A stretch of DNA of 44,096 bases from Malassezia furfur (Eukaryota): NCBI GenBank assembly GCA_052055015.1, contig JBQJIT010000042.1. One strand, written 5' to 3'. The notes beneath the pieces were generated by a model. It was not told the origin of the DNA, did no database searches, and worked only from the letters and a program-made list of their open reading frames with translations. A program made the position numbers and the translations under genes. Of the stretch, positions 9,547 to 19,081 are shown piece by piece. Position 1 is the first letter of the stretch. Every line of letters begins with the position of its first letter.

Positions 9547-12500
9547 TCAGGGCGGCAGCGGCACACCGCCGGGCGTGGAAAGCGCCGCGAGGCGGCGCGC
9601 GCGCAGTTCGTCGAGACTCGGTGCGCCGCCGGGTGGCACGGGCGGCGCATCGTCGGTGGGGATGTGTTCCTGGAAGAGACACGCGAGCAGGTCGTCGGTC
9701 GAGCCCATAAGGTCCCCGCGGCGCGCCTCGCGCGAGACGTCCTCGGCGTGTTCGAGATGCGTTGCCTGGAGTGCAGCGCTGTCCATGGCATCGGCGGCGT
9801 CGGCATCAGCGTCGCGCGCGACGTACAGGCACTGGGCACGCGATGCTGCAAGCGCGACGATGCGCTGCTCGACCGTGTCGTGCACCATGTAGCAGTACAC
9901 GTGCGTCGCGCGCGTCTGCCCAATGCGGTGTACGCGCCCGATCGCCTGCAGCTCGAGCGCGTGGTTCATAAGTGGCTCAAGGAGAAAGAGGTGCGTCGCG
10001 GCGAGCAGGTTGAGCCCGGCGGACTGCACCTCGCTGTGCAGCAGCAGCACGGGGACGTCGGTGTGTTGAAAAGCATCGACGGTCGCGCCTACCCGTTTGC
10101 TGCCGCCGCCCTCGAGGCGCGCGTACGGTACGCCGTTGGCGCGCAGCGACTCAGCCACCAGGTCGAGTCCGCGCGCAAACGACGAAAACACGAGGCTCTT
10201 CTCGCGCGTGGTGCGGTGCAAGTGGAGCAGGTGCTTGGTGAGCAGGTCGAGCTTGCTGCCGTACCGCCCTTGCGACGGCGTGCGCTCAATGGCCGTGCGC
10301 AACGCGTCGGGCAGCGTGCGGTACGCTGGTGCGCCGCGGGCGGCAGAAGTGGCGGTGCTACTGGCGCCGACATCGGCCTCGGCATGGCGGAACACGACGC
10401 GGTGCACGTCGTTCAGCGTGAGCTTTGTCTTGCACATTGGGCACGTGCGGCGCCCCTGCTTCATCCACGCGTAGAAGCACGCTTGGCAGCACAGGTGGCC
10501 ACACGCGTTTGTCAGGATGCCCGTCTCGATCAGGTTCGTACAGATAAAGCAGCGACGCGCCTCGTCATCCGCGTGGCCGCCCTGGATCTGCTCGAGGTGT
10601 GTCAGGTAGCGTACGCGGCCCTCAGCGGCGCCGATGCGCTGCCGCCATGCGCGCTCCTGCGCGCGTGCGGCGAGCAGGCTCGGCACCGCACCGTCGGGCA
10701 TCTCGGGGTCCTGCACCTGGTCGGACAGCTCCTGCATCTGCTTAAAATAGACGCTGCGCGCATTGAAGCATGCCTGCAACACCGCCTGTTCCTTGCGCAG
10801 GCGCTCCACGAGCTGCGTCTGCGTGCGCACCACGTCATGCAGCGTCGCGTGTGCCGCGCCCAGCAGCTCGCTTTCCTCGGAACGCACCGCATGGTCGCGC
10901 AGCTCGCGTAGGCGCGCACCCAACTCGGCGAGCGGCACTGCGCCGGCGAGGGCCACCTGTGCTCGCGCCGCATCGAGGCGCGCAAAGTGCGCGAGCTGCA
11001 GTTTTTGAGCCTCGCGCTGCTGCGCCAACACCGCATCCTCTTCGCCATTCTCGGCGGGGGCATCCTCGCCAAAGCGGCGCGTCTTGACCACACGCAGCGC
11101 ACGATCCAATTCGACGTACAGCTGTGGCCGCGCCGTGGCACCGAGCGCAATGCGTCCGGTGAGCAGCTCATCGCGCTGTGCGAGCAGCGGGCGATACATC
11201 TCCAGCAGCGTCTCGGCCTCGATCTGCGCGTCCAAATTTTCCGCGTACACGTCGTCGTTCTCGCGATCCTTGTCCACCTCGCGGTTCACGGGTTTGGCGA
11301 GGCGCTCAAGCAGCTGCGCCCGCCAGTCGACGACGAGCGCCGCATGTGCACGCAACGTCGCGAGGCGCGCCTGCACCTGCTCCAGCACGTCGCGGCCTAG
11401 CAGCGCTTGCATCGAGAAGCGCGGCTCCAGCTCGTCGCGGCGCACAAGCCGCTGGCGCTGCATCCCACGCACGCACTGCTCGACCGCTTCGCGCGCGTCG
11501 GTCAACAGGCGCTGGCGCGTGGCCTCAGCCGCGGCATATGCGGCGTCTTCGCGCGCACGCAGCGAGGCAGTCGACGGAGGGCCCGACGCGACCGGCGCAT
11601 CGGCCTCGCGCTTGACCGTCAGGGCGCCGGCCTCGGGCTGCGTGGGCTCCGCGTCCGTCTTGGTGTCAGGGTCGGCCGGCACTGCAGGCTGCTCGCCCTT
11701 GGCCGCCTCGTCCTTGGCCGCCCCGGCCGCGGCGCTCTGCGCTTCGCCCATCTGGAAGTAGCAGTGCCCTAGGAACTGGTGCACGCGGTGCACCATCTGA
11801 AGCCAGTGGCGCACCCGGTTCCGCAGCGCGCCGACATGTTGCTGCCGCGCGCGCAGCTTGTCGTGCGGCGCATCGGGCGACGCCGAATATGGCATGGCTG
11901 CATGCGTCCGCTCGTATGCCGCCTCGGCGGCAAGCTCGGCGTCCGTGAAGCGGTACAATGGCCCCTCGCGGTGCGCCGCATCGAGCTCGCGCATGAGCTC
12001 GTCCACCTGCTCGTGGGTCTCGGGGAGGAGCAGCTCAAGCTGCTTTTGCGCAAGCGCGAGGCGGTCCTCGGTGCGCAGCGACGTTAAAAACGCCACGTCG
12101 TCCGCCGCCACACTCGTCTCGTTCGGCACGGGCGCCACGAGCTCGTCGCGCGGCGCAAAAAGGAGCACAGAGGCACGGTAGACACGTTTCAAGGCAACAT
12201 TGTGCCGCAGCGTCAGCAGCTCGGAGCGCGCGCTGTCAAGCATCATCACGAGCACCTGGTCAATGCTGCGCAGGTTGACGAGGTGGTGCGCGTGCCCGCC
12301 GGCGTCGAGCGTGTGCCCTGCGGTGCGCCACGCGACCTGGGGGTGTGTGCACGCCTGGCGAAGGCGCAGCAGCTGCGCACGCAGAGCGGCCGTGTCGAGC
12401 TGCCACGTCTCGCTGCGCGGCGCACCGTCCTCGGTGATGTCGAGCGCGTCAAGCGCCTGGCGGTACGCCTCACGATAGAAAGCCGACTCGGCATAGGTGA

Positions 12501-14112
12501 ACTCGACGGGGATGAGGCACCGCTCCTGCGGCGGAAGAACCATCTCGTGCGCAACCTGCGCTTTGGTGTGCCGGATGCCGATCTGTGACAGGAGCGCCGC
12601 GAGGTAGGGCGCCATGCGCGGCGACATAATGTGCTGCCATAGCTTGGTCGGGGACGCAGATGGTACGAGGCCCAAAAACCACAGGCACATGCGCAGGTCG
12701 TCGAGGCGGCGCACCGGCGTACCTGACACGGCGACGCTCGTCTCGCGGCGGATCAATGCGACCGTCTTGGCCGCGTTGCCGCCCACAAGCTGCACCTCGT
12801 CCATGACCACGCGCCAGAATGCGAGCTGCACAAGCGGACTGCGCGGCCGCTCATACCGTGCGGGGCGCCGCAGCGCACGCACAGGTGCCGTGCTCGACAC
12901 GGCCAGCTCCTTGGTGAGCGTCTCAAACGACACCACGATCACGTCGAGCTCCTTGGCCCACGCAGCAAACGATGCGTGTCCGTGGCGCTGGACGTCGGCG
13001 GCCGCCTGCTTGTGTCCGAGGAACGAGTAGGTGCGCAGTGTTGGCGCATGCGTGCCGATCTCGTCGAGCCACTGTCGCCGTAGCGTCTCGGGCGCGACGA
13101 TGAGCGTCGTGCCGACCGGCTGCACCTCGACCTCGTTGGCCGTATCGTAAAAGGGCATCAGCGACGCACGCCCCGGCGCCGTGCGTTCAAGCAGCAGCGC
13201 GAGGATCTCAACGGTCTTGCCAAGACCCATCTCCTCGGCGAGCATGGCACTCGGCACGTCCGCCTCGGCCTTGGCACGCGACGTCGTCAGCTCGCCGTGA
13301 AGCAGGTGCACGTACACCTCGGTGCGCGGCACACGCACCCACCACGGGCCGAGCGCGCCGTGTGCGTATACGCCGTCGCGCACCGCCTCGCGCGCAAGCA
13401 AAAACGCCAGCGACCGCCGCTGGAAGGGCAGCAGATGCGCTTGCAGCGCGCGCGGCTGTGGCGCCTCGGGCATGCGCATCGCCTCGTCCAGCTCTCGCGC
13501 ACACAAACTCGAGTACACGAGGTCCGCGCCGCTCGCATGCGAGGCGTCAGCGTCGTGCGCGGGGTCGAGCGTCGACAGCAGCGCCAGCAGCTGCGTTGTG
13601 ATCGGTAAGGCATGCGGCCGGTCGAGCGCGCCGGGCGCAACGTGTGCATTAACGTCGAGCGTGAGCATATCGTCGTGTACGGCAACGTGTGCGCCTACCT
13701 GAACGACGTCGGCGTCGTGCGCGAGCTGCAGTAGCGGCGCCAGCCATGCCGTGTCTGGCGCACGTGCGACCGGCAGCGTAAGGAGGCGCGTGTCATCGAC
13801 CAGCACGTCAACGAGCGCCGCATGCGTCGGTGCCAGGAGTGTGCCCGGACGTAGGCGCGCGGCCCAGTCGTCGACGAGCGCAAGGCGCACGTACGACGCG
13901 AACGAAACGAGGGCGGCACGTGCGCCGGCGGCGTTGTCGCCGTCGTCGTCGTCATCGCGGAGCGTGAAGTGCAACTGCGCCGCAACGAGCTGTGGACCGT
14001 GTGCTACCGTGTCCACGGGCCGCTTGGTGCGTGCGTGCACGTCGAGCGCGGCGCGCGTTGCGAGCACGCCGCCGTGCGGCCGCGGAGCCACGCGTAGGTA
14101 CGCGTGGCGCAT
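9547..14112 (-). CDS. IRC20: SNF2-family ATPase with RING finger (Irc20/SHPRH-like)
   Basis: LLPFQRRSL, LAEEMGLGKT, WRVVMDEVQ, SGTP, LRQACTHPQ, RING CFIC..CGHLCC..C..CPMC, QAIGRVHRIGQ. Start at 14112 preferred; the in-frame ATG at 14187 overlaps the COX6 ATG. Confidence 0.85.
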   Translation of the reverse strand: MRHAYLRVAPRPHGGVLATRAALDVHARTKRPVDTVAHGPQLVAAQLHFTLRDDDDDGDNAAGARAALVSFASYVRLALVDDWAARLRPGTLLAPTHAALVDVLVDDTRLLTLPVARAPDTAWLAPLLQLAHDADVVQVGAHVAVHDDMLTLDVNAHVAPGALDRPHALPITTQLLALLSTLDPAHDADASHASGADLVYSSLCARELDEAMRMPEAPQPRALQAHLLPFQRRSLAFLLAREAVRDGVYAHGALGPWWVRVPRTEVYVHLLHGELTTSRAKAEADVPSAMLAEEMGLGKTVEILALLLERTAPGRASLMPFYDTANEVEVQPVGTTLIVAPETLRRQWLDEIGTHAPTLRTYSFLGHKQAAADVQRHGHASFAAWAKELDVIVVSFETLTKELAVSSTAPVRALRRPARYERPRSPLVQLAFWRVVMDEVQLVGGNAAKTVALIRRETSVAVSGTPVRRLDDLRMCLWFLGLVPSASPTKLWQHIMSPRMAPYLAALLSQIGIRHTKAQVAHEMVLPPQERCLIPVEFTYAESAFYREAYRQALDALDITEDGAPRSETWQLDTAALRAQLLRLRQACTHPQVAWRTAGHTLDAGGHAHHLVNLRSIDQVLVMMLDSARSELLTLRHNVALKRVYRASVLLFAPRDELVAPVPNETSVAADDVAFLTSLRTEDRLALAQKQLELLLPETHEQVDELMRELDAAHREGPLYRFTDAELAAEAAYERTHAAMPYSASPDAPHDKLRARQQHVGALRNRVRHWLQMVHRVHQFLGHCYFQMGEAQSAAAGAAKDEAAKGEQPAVPADPDTKTDAEPTQPEAGALTVKREADAPVASGPPSTASLRAREDAAYAAAEATRQRLLTDAREAVEQCVRGMQRQRLVRRDELEPRFSMQALLGRDVLEQVQARLATLRAHAALVVDWRAQLLERLAKPVNREVDKDRENDDVYAENLDAQIEAETLLEMYRPLLAQRDELLTGRIALGATARPQLYVELDRALRVVKTRRFGEDAPAENGEEDAVLAQQREAQKLQLAHFARLDAARAQVALAGAVPLAELGARLRELRDHAVRSEESELLGAAHATLHDVVRTQTQLVERLRKEQAVLQACFNARSVYFKQMQELSDQVQDPEMPDGAVPSLLAARAQERAWRQRIGAAEGRVRYLTHLEQIQGGHADDEARRCFICTNLIETGILTNACGHLCCQACFYAWMKQGRRTCPMCKTKLTLNDVHRVVFRHAEADVGASSTATSAARGAPAYRTLPDALRTAIERTPSQGRYGSKLDLLTKHLLHLHRTTREKSLVFSSFARGLDLVAESLRANGVPYARLEGGGSKRVGATVDAFQHTDVPVLLLHSEVQSAGLNLLAATHLFLLEPLMNHALELQAIGRVHRIGQTRATHVYCYMVHDTVEQRIVALAASRAQCLYVARDADADAADAMDSAALQATHLEHAEDVSREARRGDLMGSTDDLLACLFQEHIPTDDAPPVPPGGAPSLDELRARRLAALSTPGGVPLPP

Positions 14113-14124
14113 GGTCCACCGTGG

Positions 14125-14132
14125 CACGTGAC
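14125..14132. promoter_or_regulatory. CACGTGAC E-box in the IRC20/COX6 divergent promoter
   Basis: Lies in the 73-nt gap between ATGs 14112(-) and 14186(+). Confidence 0.5.
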
Positions 14133-14185
14133 GTCGGGAGGGAGCGGAGGCGGCGGCCCGGTTTTTGCGAGCCCCTCCTTCCACC

Positions 14186-14631
14186 ATGGCTTTGCTGACG
14201 GGTGCTTTCCGCGTTGCTGCTGCATCGACCAGTGCGCGCGCGGCGCTGTTTGCGCGCGGTGCTCCGCTTGCTATGCAGGGTGCGTGTTGATCTGCTGACC
14301 CACAGCGCGTGCGTACTCGGAGTCGACCGAGACCTTTGAAGAGTTCAACGAGCGCTTTGTCAAGTTCTTTGACGGCGTCGAGGACCAGTTCGAGGCGCAG
14401 CGTGGCCTCAACAACGCCTTCGGTCAGGACCTGGTTCCGTCGCCGGAGGTGATCGAGAGCGCCCTGCGCGCGGCCCGGCGCGTGAACGACTTCTCGCTGG
14501 CCGTGCGTATCTTCGAGGGCCTCAAGTACAAGGTTGAGACGGACACGCAGTACAAGGCCTACCTCGAGGCGCTCTCGTCGGTGCGCGAGGAGCTCGGCGT
14601 GCCGCTCAAGGAGCAGCTCTACTCGTCGTAA
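14186..14631 (+). CDS. COX6: Cytochrome c oxidase subunit Va / Cox6, 2 exons
   Basis: Arg/Ala-rich presequence, intron 14280-14305, then ETFEEFNERF..QRGLNNAF..DLVPSPEVIESALRAARRVNDF..AVRIFEGLK. Confidence 0.93.
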
Positions 14632-14649
14632 CTCTAGCGACCCCCACCA

Positions 14650-15245
14650 CTATAGTTCGGAACTCCGTTCAGCCGCCTTGGCCGCGTTGCGATGCTTGCG
14701 TGTGATGCGCTGCTCGAGCTGGAAGAAGGCCTGCAACGTCGGGTCCTCGGTGCCGACTGCGGCCTCCTCGGCCTCCTCCTCGCTCGCCTCGGCGCTCGGC
14801 TTGCCGGGCAACGCACCGAGCTTCTTGGGGTCCCACTCCTCCGTAGTGATAGGCGGCGACGCGTCCGCCAGACGCGCGCGGATGGCGCTCATCTCTTCCT
14901 TCCACTCCTCCACGTCGTCTGCGTACAGATTGTATACGCAATTGACGCACCCTTATTTGTCAGCGGCGCACGTACCCGACATGCAGCAGTCCTCGGCACC
15001 GGGGGGGTTCGGACGCAGCGGCACGTCGATGCCACGCACCCGAACCGTCCCCGCGGCTTCGGGGCGGATCTGCTCCGAGGAAAGGTAGTTGATCGTCGGC
15101 TCCGACGCTGCACGGCCCACAAACTCAATCTTGCGGCGCGGCACCGCCATGTTGGGATCCGCACGGTCCTCGGCCGCGATCTTTTGCGCGAGCATCTCGT
15201 CGAGGGGGTAGCGCGCCCACATGTCGGTCAGGTTGCGCCCGAGTC
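14650..15245 (-). CDS. Oxidoreductase-like (Oxidored-like / UPF0651 / OXLD1-type) Cys-motif protein; probably the last two exons of a COQ8 fusion, else stand-alone from ATG 15222
   Basis: GIDVPLRPNPPGAEDCCMSG|CVNCVYNLYADDVEEW after removing the 24-nt intron 14952-14975 (AAG acceptor); C-terminal DPTLQAFFQLEQRI. Confidence 0.8.
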
Positions 15246-15268
15246 CTGCGTGAGCCCACGCTACGCAC
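15246..15268 (-). other. 23-nt intron containing the COQ8 stop codon
   Basis: Minus strand reads GTGCGTAGCGTGGGCTCACGCAG. Donor GTGCGT and 3' end CTCACGCAG both occur in other introns here. Removal is in frame with the downstream exon. Confidence 0.75.
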
Positions 15269-17480
15269 GCTGCTGGACGGCCTGCGTGTGCAGGCCACGT
15301 GCACCGCCGCGCGCAAACGCGCCGGGCGAGGGGGGGTGGTGGGTTCCGTCGCTGTACACGTAGGCGTTGGTGATCCGCTCGAACAGCGCGCGGCAGTCGA
15401 CGTGCGCACCGAGACGTGCGCACAGCAAAAATGCGCCGCTTAGCTTGCGGTTCAGCGAGTAGGTTTCCGGCGGCGGGGGGCGCAGCCGCTCACGCAGCAT
15501 CACGGGGATCTGCGCGCGCACCTCGTCCGTGATGGTCTGGTTCGCGAACGGGAACGGCTGCGGCGCCGTCGCACGGAACGGCTCGCCTAGCGCGACCATC
15601 GAGTCGACGTGCGCCTTGCGCATGGTCTGGGTCAGTGACTGGGGATGACCTACCTCGGGCTCCTCGCCGTTGAGGTAGCCGATCGCGACGCTCCACGCCT
15701 CACACGCCTCGCGGTCACCCGCGACGGCGGCGCGGAGCAGGCTGATCCACGCGTCCATGAACTCGCGCGTGTAGGGCCGCGTGGCACCAAAGTCGATCAG
15801 TTGCAGGCTCTGGTTGCGCTCGCTGTACAAAAAGTTGGTCCAGTTGGGGTCGGTCTGCATTAGGCGCCACTCGAACAGCTCGCGCAGGCTCAGATCCATC
15901 ACCGTCAGGCCGATGCGGTCGCGCGTCGCGGGGTCGAGCTGCATCACCTTGGTCAGCGGCCGGCCGCGCATAAACTCGGTCGTGAGCACACGGGGAGTGC
16001 ACAGCGAATCGATGACACGCGGCACCTCGAGGCGCAGTGCGTCCGGCGCACCGCCGCCAGCGTCGATGTGCGCACGGAAACGACGGCCCATCTCGGCCTC
16101 ACGCGTGTAGTCGCACTCCTCCTCAAGCTCTTTTTGTAGGACGCGCACACTGTTTTCCAGGAAGAGGCCTTTCGGCAGCAGCGACGAGGCCATCAGCAGC
16201 CACTTGATGTTGGCCAGGTCAGACGAGATCGAGTCGGCCACGCCGGGGAACTGCACCTTGACCGCGACGCGCTGGCCCGCCATGTCGGGCTGCGCGGGGA
16301 AGGGGTCGGCCAGCACCGCATTGTGTACCTGCCCGATCGACGCCGCGGCAAACGGCCGCTCGTCGAACGACGCGAACGACGCACGCCAATCATCCCCGAG
16401 CTCCGCGCGCATCACCCGATCGAGCTGCCACGCCGGCATGTAATGCGCGCTGTTCTGCACACGCAGCATCACTTGCTCGATCTGAGGAGGGAGCATATGA
16501 CTATCCTGGATGCTCAGAAACTGGCCGAGCTTGAGCGCTGCACCGCGCATCGTGCTCAGCTTGTCCACCAACCGGTTCACGTTGGCCTCCGACAGGAACG
16601 GCGACGCACGCCCCGACGCGTCCGACGGGCCCGTCGCGCGGCGCAGATACTCGCCTGCCGAACCCCACGCGAGGCCGGCGCCCAGACTTCCGTAGTGCAA
16701 TAGACGCCCAAGACGTGACGAGGGCACACGCGCCGCACGCAGCGGTGTCGAACGTTCCTCGGTCGCCGCGTCGTACTCGTCTTCTAGCACAGGGGTGCTC
16801 GGTGCGATGGGGTCCGGCGCTGCGGGTGCTGTAGGTGCTGCGGGTGCCGCAGGCGCTGCGGGTGCCGCAGGCGCTGCGGGTGCCGCAGGCGATTCTGCGC
16901 CCTGCACAGCTTCCGTTGCGCCTTTGACGGCCGTCGCAGCCGTCTGTTCAAGGCCCTGTGCGACTTCGGCGACGGCCTCGGCGCGACTGGGCGCCGACGG
17001 CGCCGAGCGCGCAGGAGGAGACTGGGGCGCATCCGTGCGCGGTGCACCCGTGCGCATTGGCTCTGGTTTCATGGCTGACACACGGGCCTGGGGGGGCGCA
17101 CCACGACTGACCGGGGCGCGCGGCTCGTTGGAAGCCGTGGTGCGCCGTTCTTGTTGCGGCGGTGCTGGCGATGCAACAGATACAGTTTGCTCCGGAGAAC
17201 GGCTCGGTTCACTGCTCGCGGCCTGCTTTGAGGGCCACGGCGTGCTTGGCATGCGCTTGGGTTGCGCAGCACCCGGGAAGGGCGCCGATGGAGACGCGCG
17301 AGGGGTCGCATCCCCCGCACCCTCCTTGTCTTCTCGCGCAGTGCGCTGCGTCGGCCACGCGCCCGAGTTGGCCGGAGGCGCCTTCGGCCGCGCGAGAGCC
17401 ACCTGCTGCGCCAAGCGCCCCGCCGATTTCGCGACCAGGCCAAGATCGGCCCACGAGACGCCCGGCTGCGCTCGCCACAT
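15261..17480 (-). CDS. COQ8: ABC1/UbiB atypical kinase Coq8 (ADCK3-like), mitochondrial
   Basis: VPSSRLGRLLHYG, MRGAALKLGQFLSIQD (KxGQ), FAAASIGQVH, VAVKVQFPG, MQTDPNWTNF, LIDFGA, PPPETYSLNRKLSG. In-frame 27-nt intron 15627-15653. Confidence 0.93.
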   Translation of the reverse strand: MWRAQPGVSWADLGLVAKSAGRLAQQVALARPKAPPANSGAWPTQRTAREDKEGAGDATPRASPSAPFPGAAQPKRMPSTPWPSKQAASSEPSRSPEQTVSVASPAPPQQERRTTASNEPRAPVSRGAPPQARVSAMKPEPMRTGAPRTDAPQSPPARSAPSAPSRAEAVAEVAQGLEQTAATAVKGATEAVQGAESPAAPAAPAAPAAPAAPAAPTAPAAPDPIAPSTPVLEDEYDAATEERSTPLRAARVPSSRLGRLLHYGSLGAGLAWGSAGEYLRRATGPSDASGRASPFLSEANVNRLVDKLSTMRGAALKLGQFLSIQDSHMLPPQIEQVMLRVQNSAHYMPAWQLDRVMRAELGDDWRASFASFDERPFAAASIGQVHNAVLADPFPAQPDMAGQRVAVKVQFPGVADSISSDLANIKWLLMASSLLPKGLFLENSVRVLQKELEEECDYTREAEMGRRFRAHIDAGGGAPDALRLEVPRVIDSLCTPRVLTTEFMRGRPLTKVMQLDPATRDRIGLTVMDLSLRELFEWRLMQTDPNWTNFLYSERNQSLQLIDFGATRPYTREFMDAWISLLRAAVAGDREACEAWSVAIGYLNGEEPEVGHPQSLTQTMRKAHVDSMVALGEPFRATAPQPFPFANQTITDEVRAQIPVMLRERLRPPPPETYSLNRKLSGAFLLCARLGAHVDCRALFERITNAYVYSDGTHHPPSPGAFARGGARGLHTQAVQQRA
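16816..16887. repeat. Coding minisatellite, eight 9-nt units, encoding a Pro-Ala-Ala repeat in the Coq8 N-terminal region
   Basis: ggcgctgcg/ggtgccgca units read directly from the + strand. Confidence 0.85.
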
Positions 17481-17600
17481 GGGTTCGGTCGTGCGTCGTG
17501 CAAGCGAGCTGCTGGAAGCTTCGGCACACGGACCTACAAGGCGGCCAACATGCCGGGCACGATATTCTACCTATTAGGCCAACCGTGTCAAATTAATGCG

Positions 17601-17610
17601 ATGACGTCAT
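17601..17610. promoter_or_regulatory. CRE palindrome ATGACGTCAT (ATF/CREB-type bZIP site) in the COQ8/pirin divergent promoter
   Basis: Perfect 10-nt palindrome in intergenic DNA; function inferred. Confidence 0.5.
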
Positions 17611-17829
17611 AACATTTTAGATGGGCCCGCTAGGTCGATATTTCTCGTAATCGGGATGCAGCGTTTGGAAAGCTGCGATCGAAACCTTCTGTCAGTCGGC
17701 GTCATGTTGCGTACGGGCTTATGTCAAACATGACCTAATGGGTCTAAGACGGTGTTACTACTAAATTAATCCCGGTGCGTTTGGGCCAAGTGCAGTCGTG
17801 GCGGCCCGACGGGATGGTCCCTCTGAAGG

Positions 17830-17836
17830 TATAAAA
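17830..17836 (+). promoter_or_regulatory. TATA box of the pirin gene
   Basis: TATAAAA begins 49 nt upstream of ATG 17879. Confidence 0.55.
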
Positions 17837-17878
17837 ACCATGTTCGCGAGCTCGTCGTTTCGTTACATTTCAAATCAA

Positions 17879-18880
17879 ATGAGTTCTCGCGCAATGCAAC
17901 AAATCTCTCGCAAGGTTGTTCAAAAAGTTCACGCTATCGAGCAGGCCGAAGGTGTCGGTGCCCGCGTGCGCCGTGCACTGGGCAACGCCCAGCTCCGCAA
18001 CTTCAGCCCCTTCCTGATGCTTGACCACTTCAAGATCGGCGAGGGTGCTGGCTTCGCTGATCACCCTCACCGTGGTCAGACGACTGTTACCTACATGTTT
18101 GACGGTTACATGGAGCACGAAGACTTCGCCGGTCACCGCGGCATCATCGGCCCCGGTGACATCCAGTGGATGATGGTCGGGCGTGGTATCATGCACGCCG
18201 AGATGCCTCTCCACCGCGACAAGGAGGGCAAGCCGCTGCCGACCCCCACGGGTATGCAGCTGTGGATCGACCTGCCCGCGGCGTCGAAGAAGATCGACCC
18301 CTCCTACCAGGAGTTCTCGGGCAAGGACCTTCCCGTGCAGACGCCGCGTGCCTCGGAGCCGAAGGAGACCGAGGGTGAAGGCTGGGAAGTCAAGGTGATC
18401 TCGGGTAAGAGCCACGGTGTGGAGTCGCCCGTGCGCCTGCCGGAGAACGGCGGGTGCTACTATATGGACATCAAGCTGCAACCCGGTGGCTGGATCTTCC
18501 AGGACATCCCGCACACCTGGAACGCCTTCGTCTACATTGCCGACGGCAAGGCTAAGATCGGTGACAGCAACGAGGTGCACGACCAGTACCATACCCTGAT
18601 CCTCTCCAACCCGGGTCTGAAGACGGATTCGGCAGAGGAGGCGAAGCAAGTGCTCAGCAACAACGACGGTGCTCGCATCAGCAACCCGACGGACAAGCCC
18701 CTGCGGGCGATCCTGATCGCCGGTGAGCCGCTCGACCACCCTGTCGTGCAGTACGGTCCTTTCGTGATGTGCTCGAAGAAGGAAATCTTTGAGGCCATAG
18801 AGGACTTCCAGATGGCCCGCAACGGTTTCGAGCGCGCCTCCAACTGGCAGTCCGAGATCGGCAAGCGCCTTCGCCACTAA
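17879..18880 (+). CDS. Pirin-family bicupin
   Basis: EQAEGVGARVRR, PFLMLDHF, GFADHPHRGQTTVTY, HEDFAG, QWM..GRGIMHAEMP, QLWIDLP, VQYGPFVM. Intronless with strong codon bias. Start 17879 or 17894. Confidence 0.92.
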   Translation: MSSRAMQQISRKVVQKVHAIEQAEGVGARVRRALGNAQLRNFSPFLMLDHFKIGEGAGFADHPHRGQTTVTYMFDGYMEHEDFAGHRGIIGPGDIQWMMVGRGIMHAEMPLHRDKEGKPLPTPTGMQLWIDLPAASKKIDPSYQEFSGKDLPVQTPRASEPKETEGEGWEVKVISGKSHGVESPVRLPENGGCYYMDIKLQPGGWIFQDIPHTWNAFVYIADGKAKIGDSNEVHDQYHTLILSNPGLKTDSAEEAKQVLSNNDGARISNPTDKPLRAILIAGEPLDHPVVQYGPFVMCSKKEIFEAIEDFQMARNGFERASNWQSEIGKRLRH

Positions 18881-19081
18881 ATTCATAACCTTCTGATTTC
18901 ATAGTGTATTTCTATTGACCAAACTTGGTTTTGCCTAGATGCTTATACACTTTTGGTTGCTTGTATCCATTCCTAGTGCCTGCGCGTCCGTGCACAGCCA
19001 ACGTCAGGCGCCGCCGGGGCACCTTGTGGAGACGGGTACCTACGCACATCGGCAAGACCGCTTCTGGCGCCTCTACGTATG

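Noticed and set aside
17798..17878. Upstream ORF-track starts (e.g. 17798, 20300, 23801, 35000, 38874, 40790)
   Set aside because: They use non-ATG codons or run into the neighbouring gene or promoter; downstream ATGs fit the expected N-termini better.
17870..18886. Long antisense ORFs mirroring pirin, ARP2 (19079-20026), IRC20 (9379-10911) and DSL1 (32786-33877)
   Set aside because: Shadow ORFs expected from GC-rich biased codons; no recognisable motifs.
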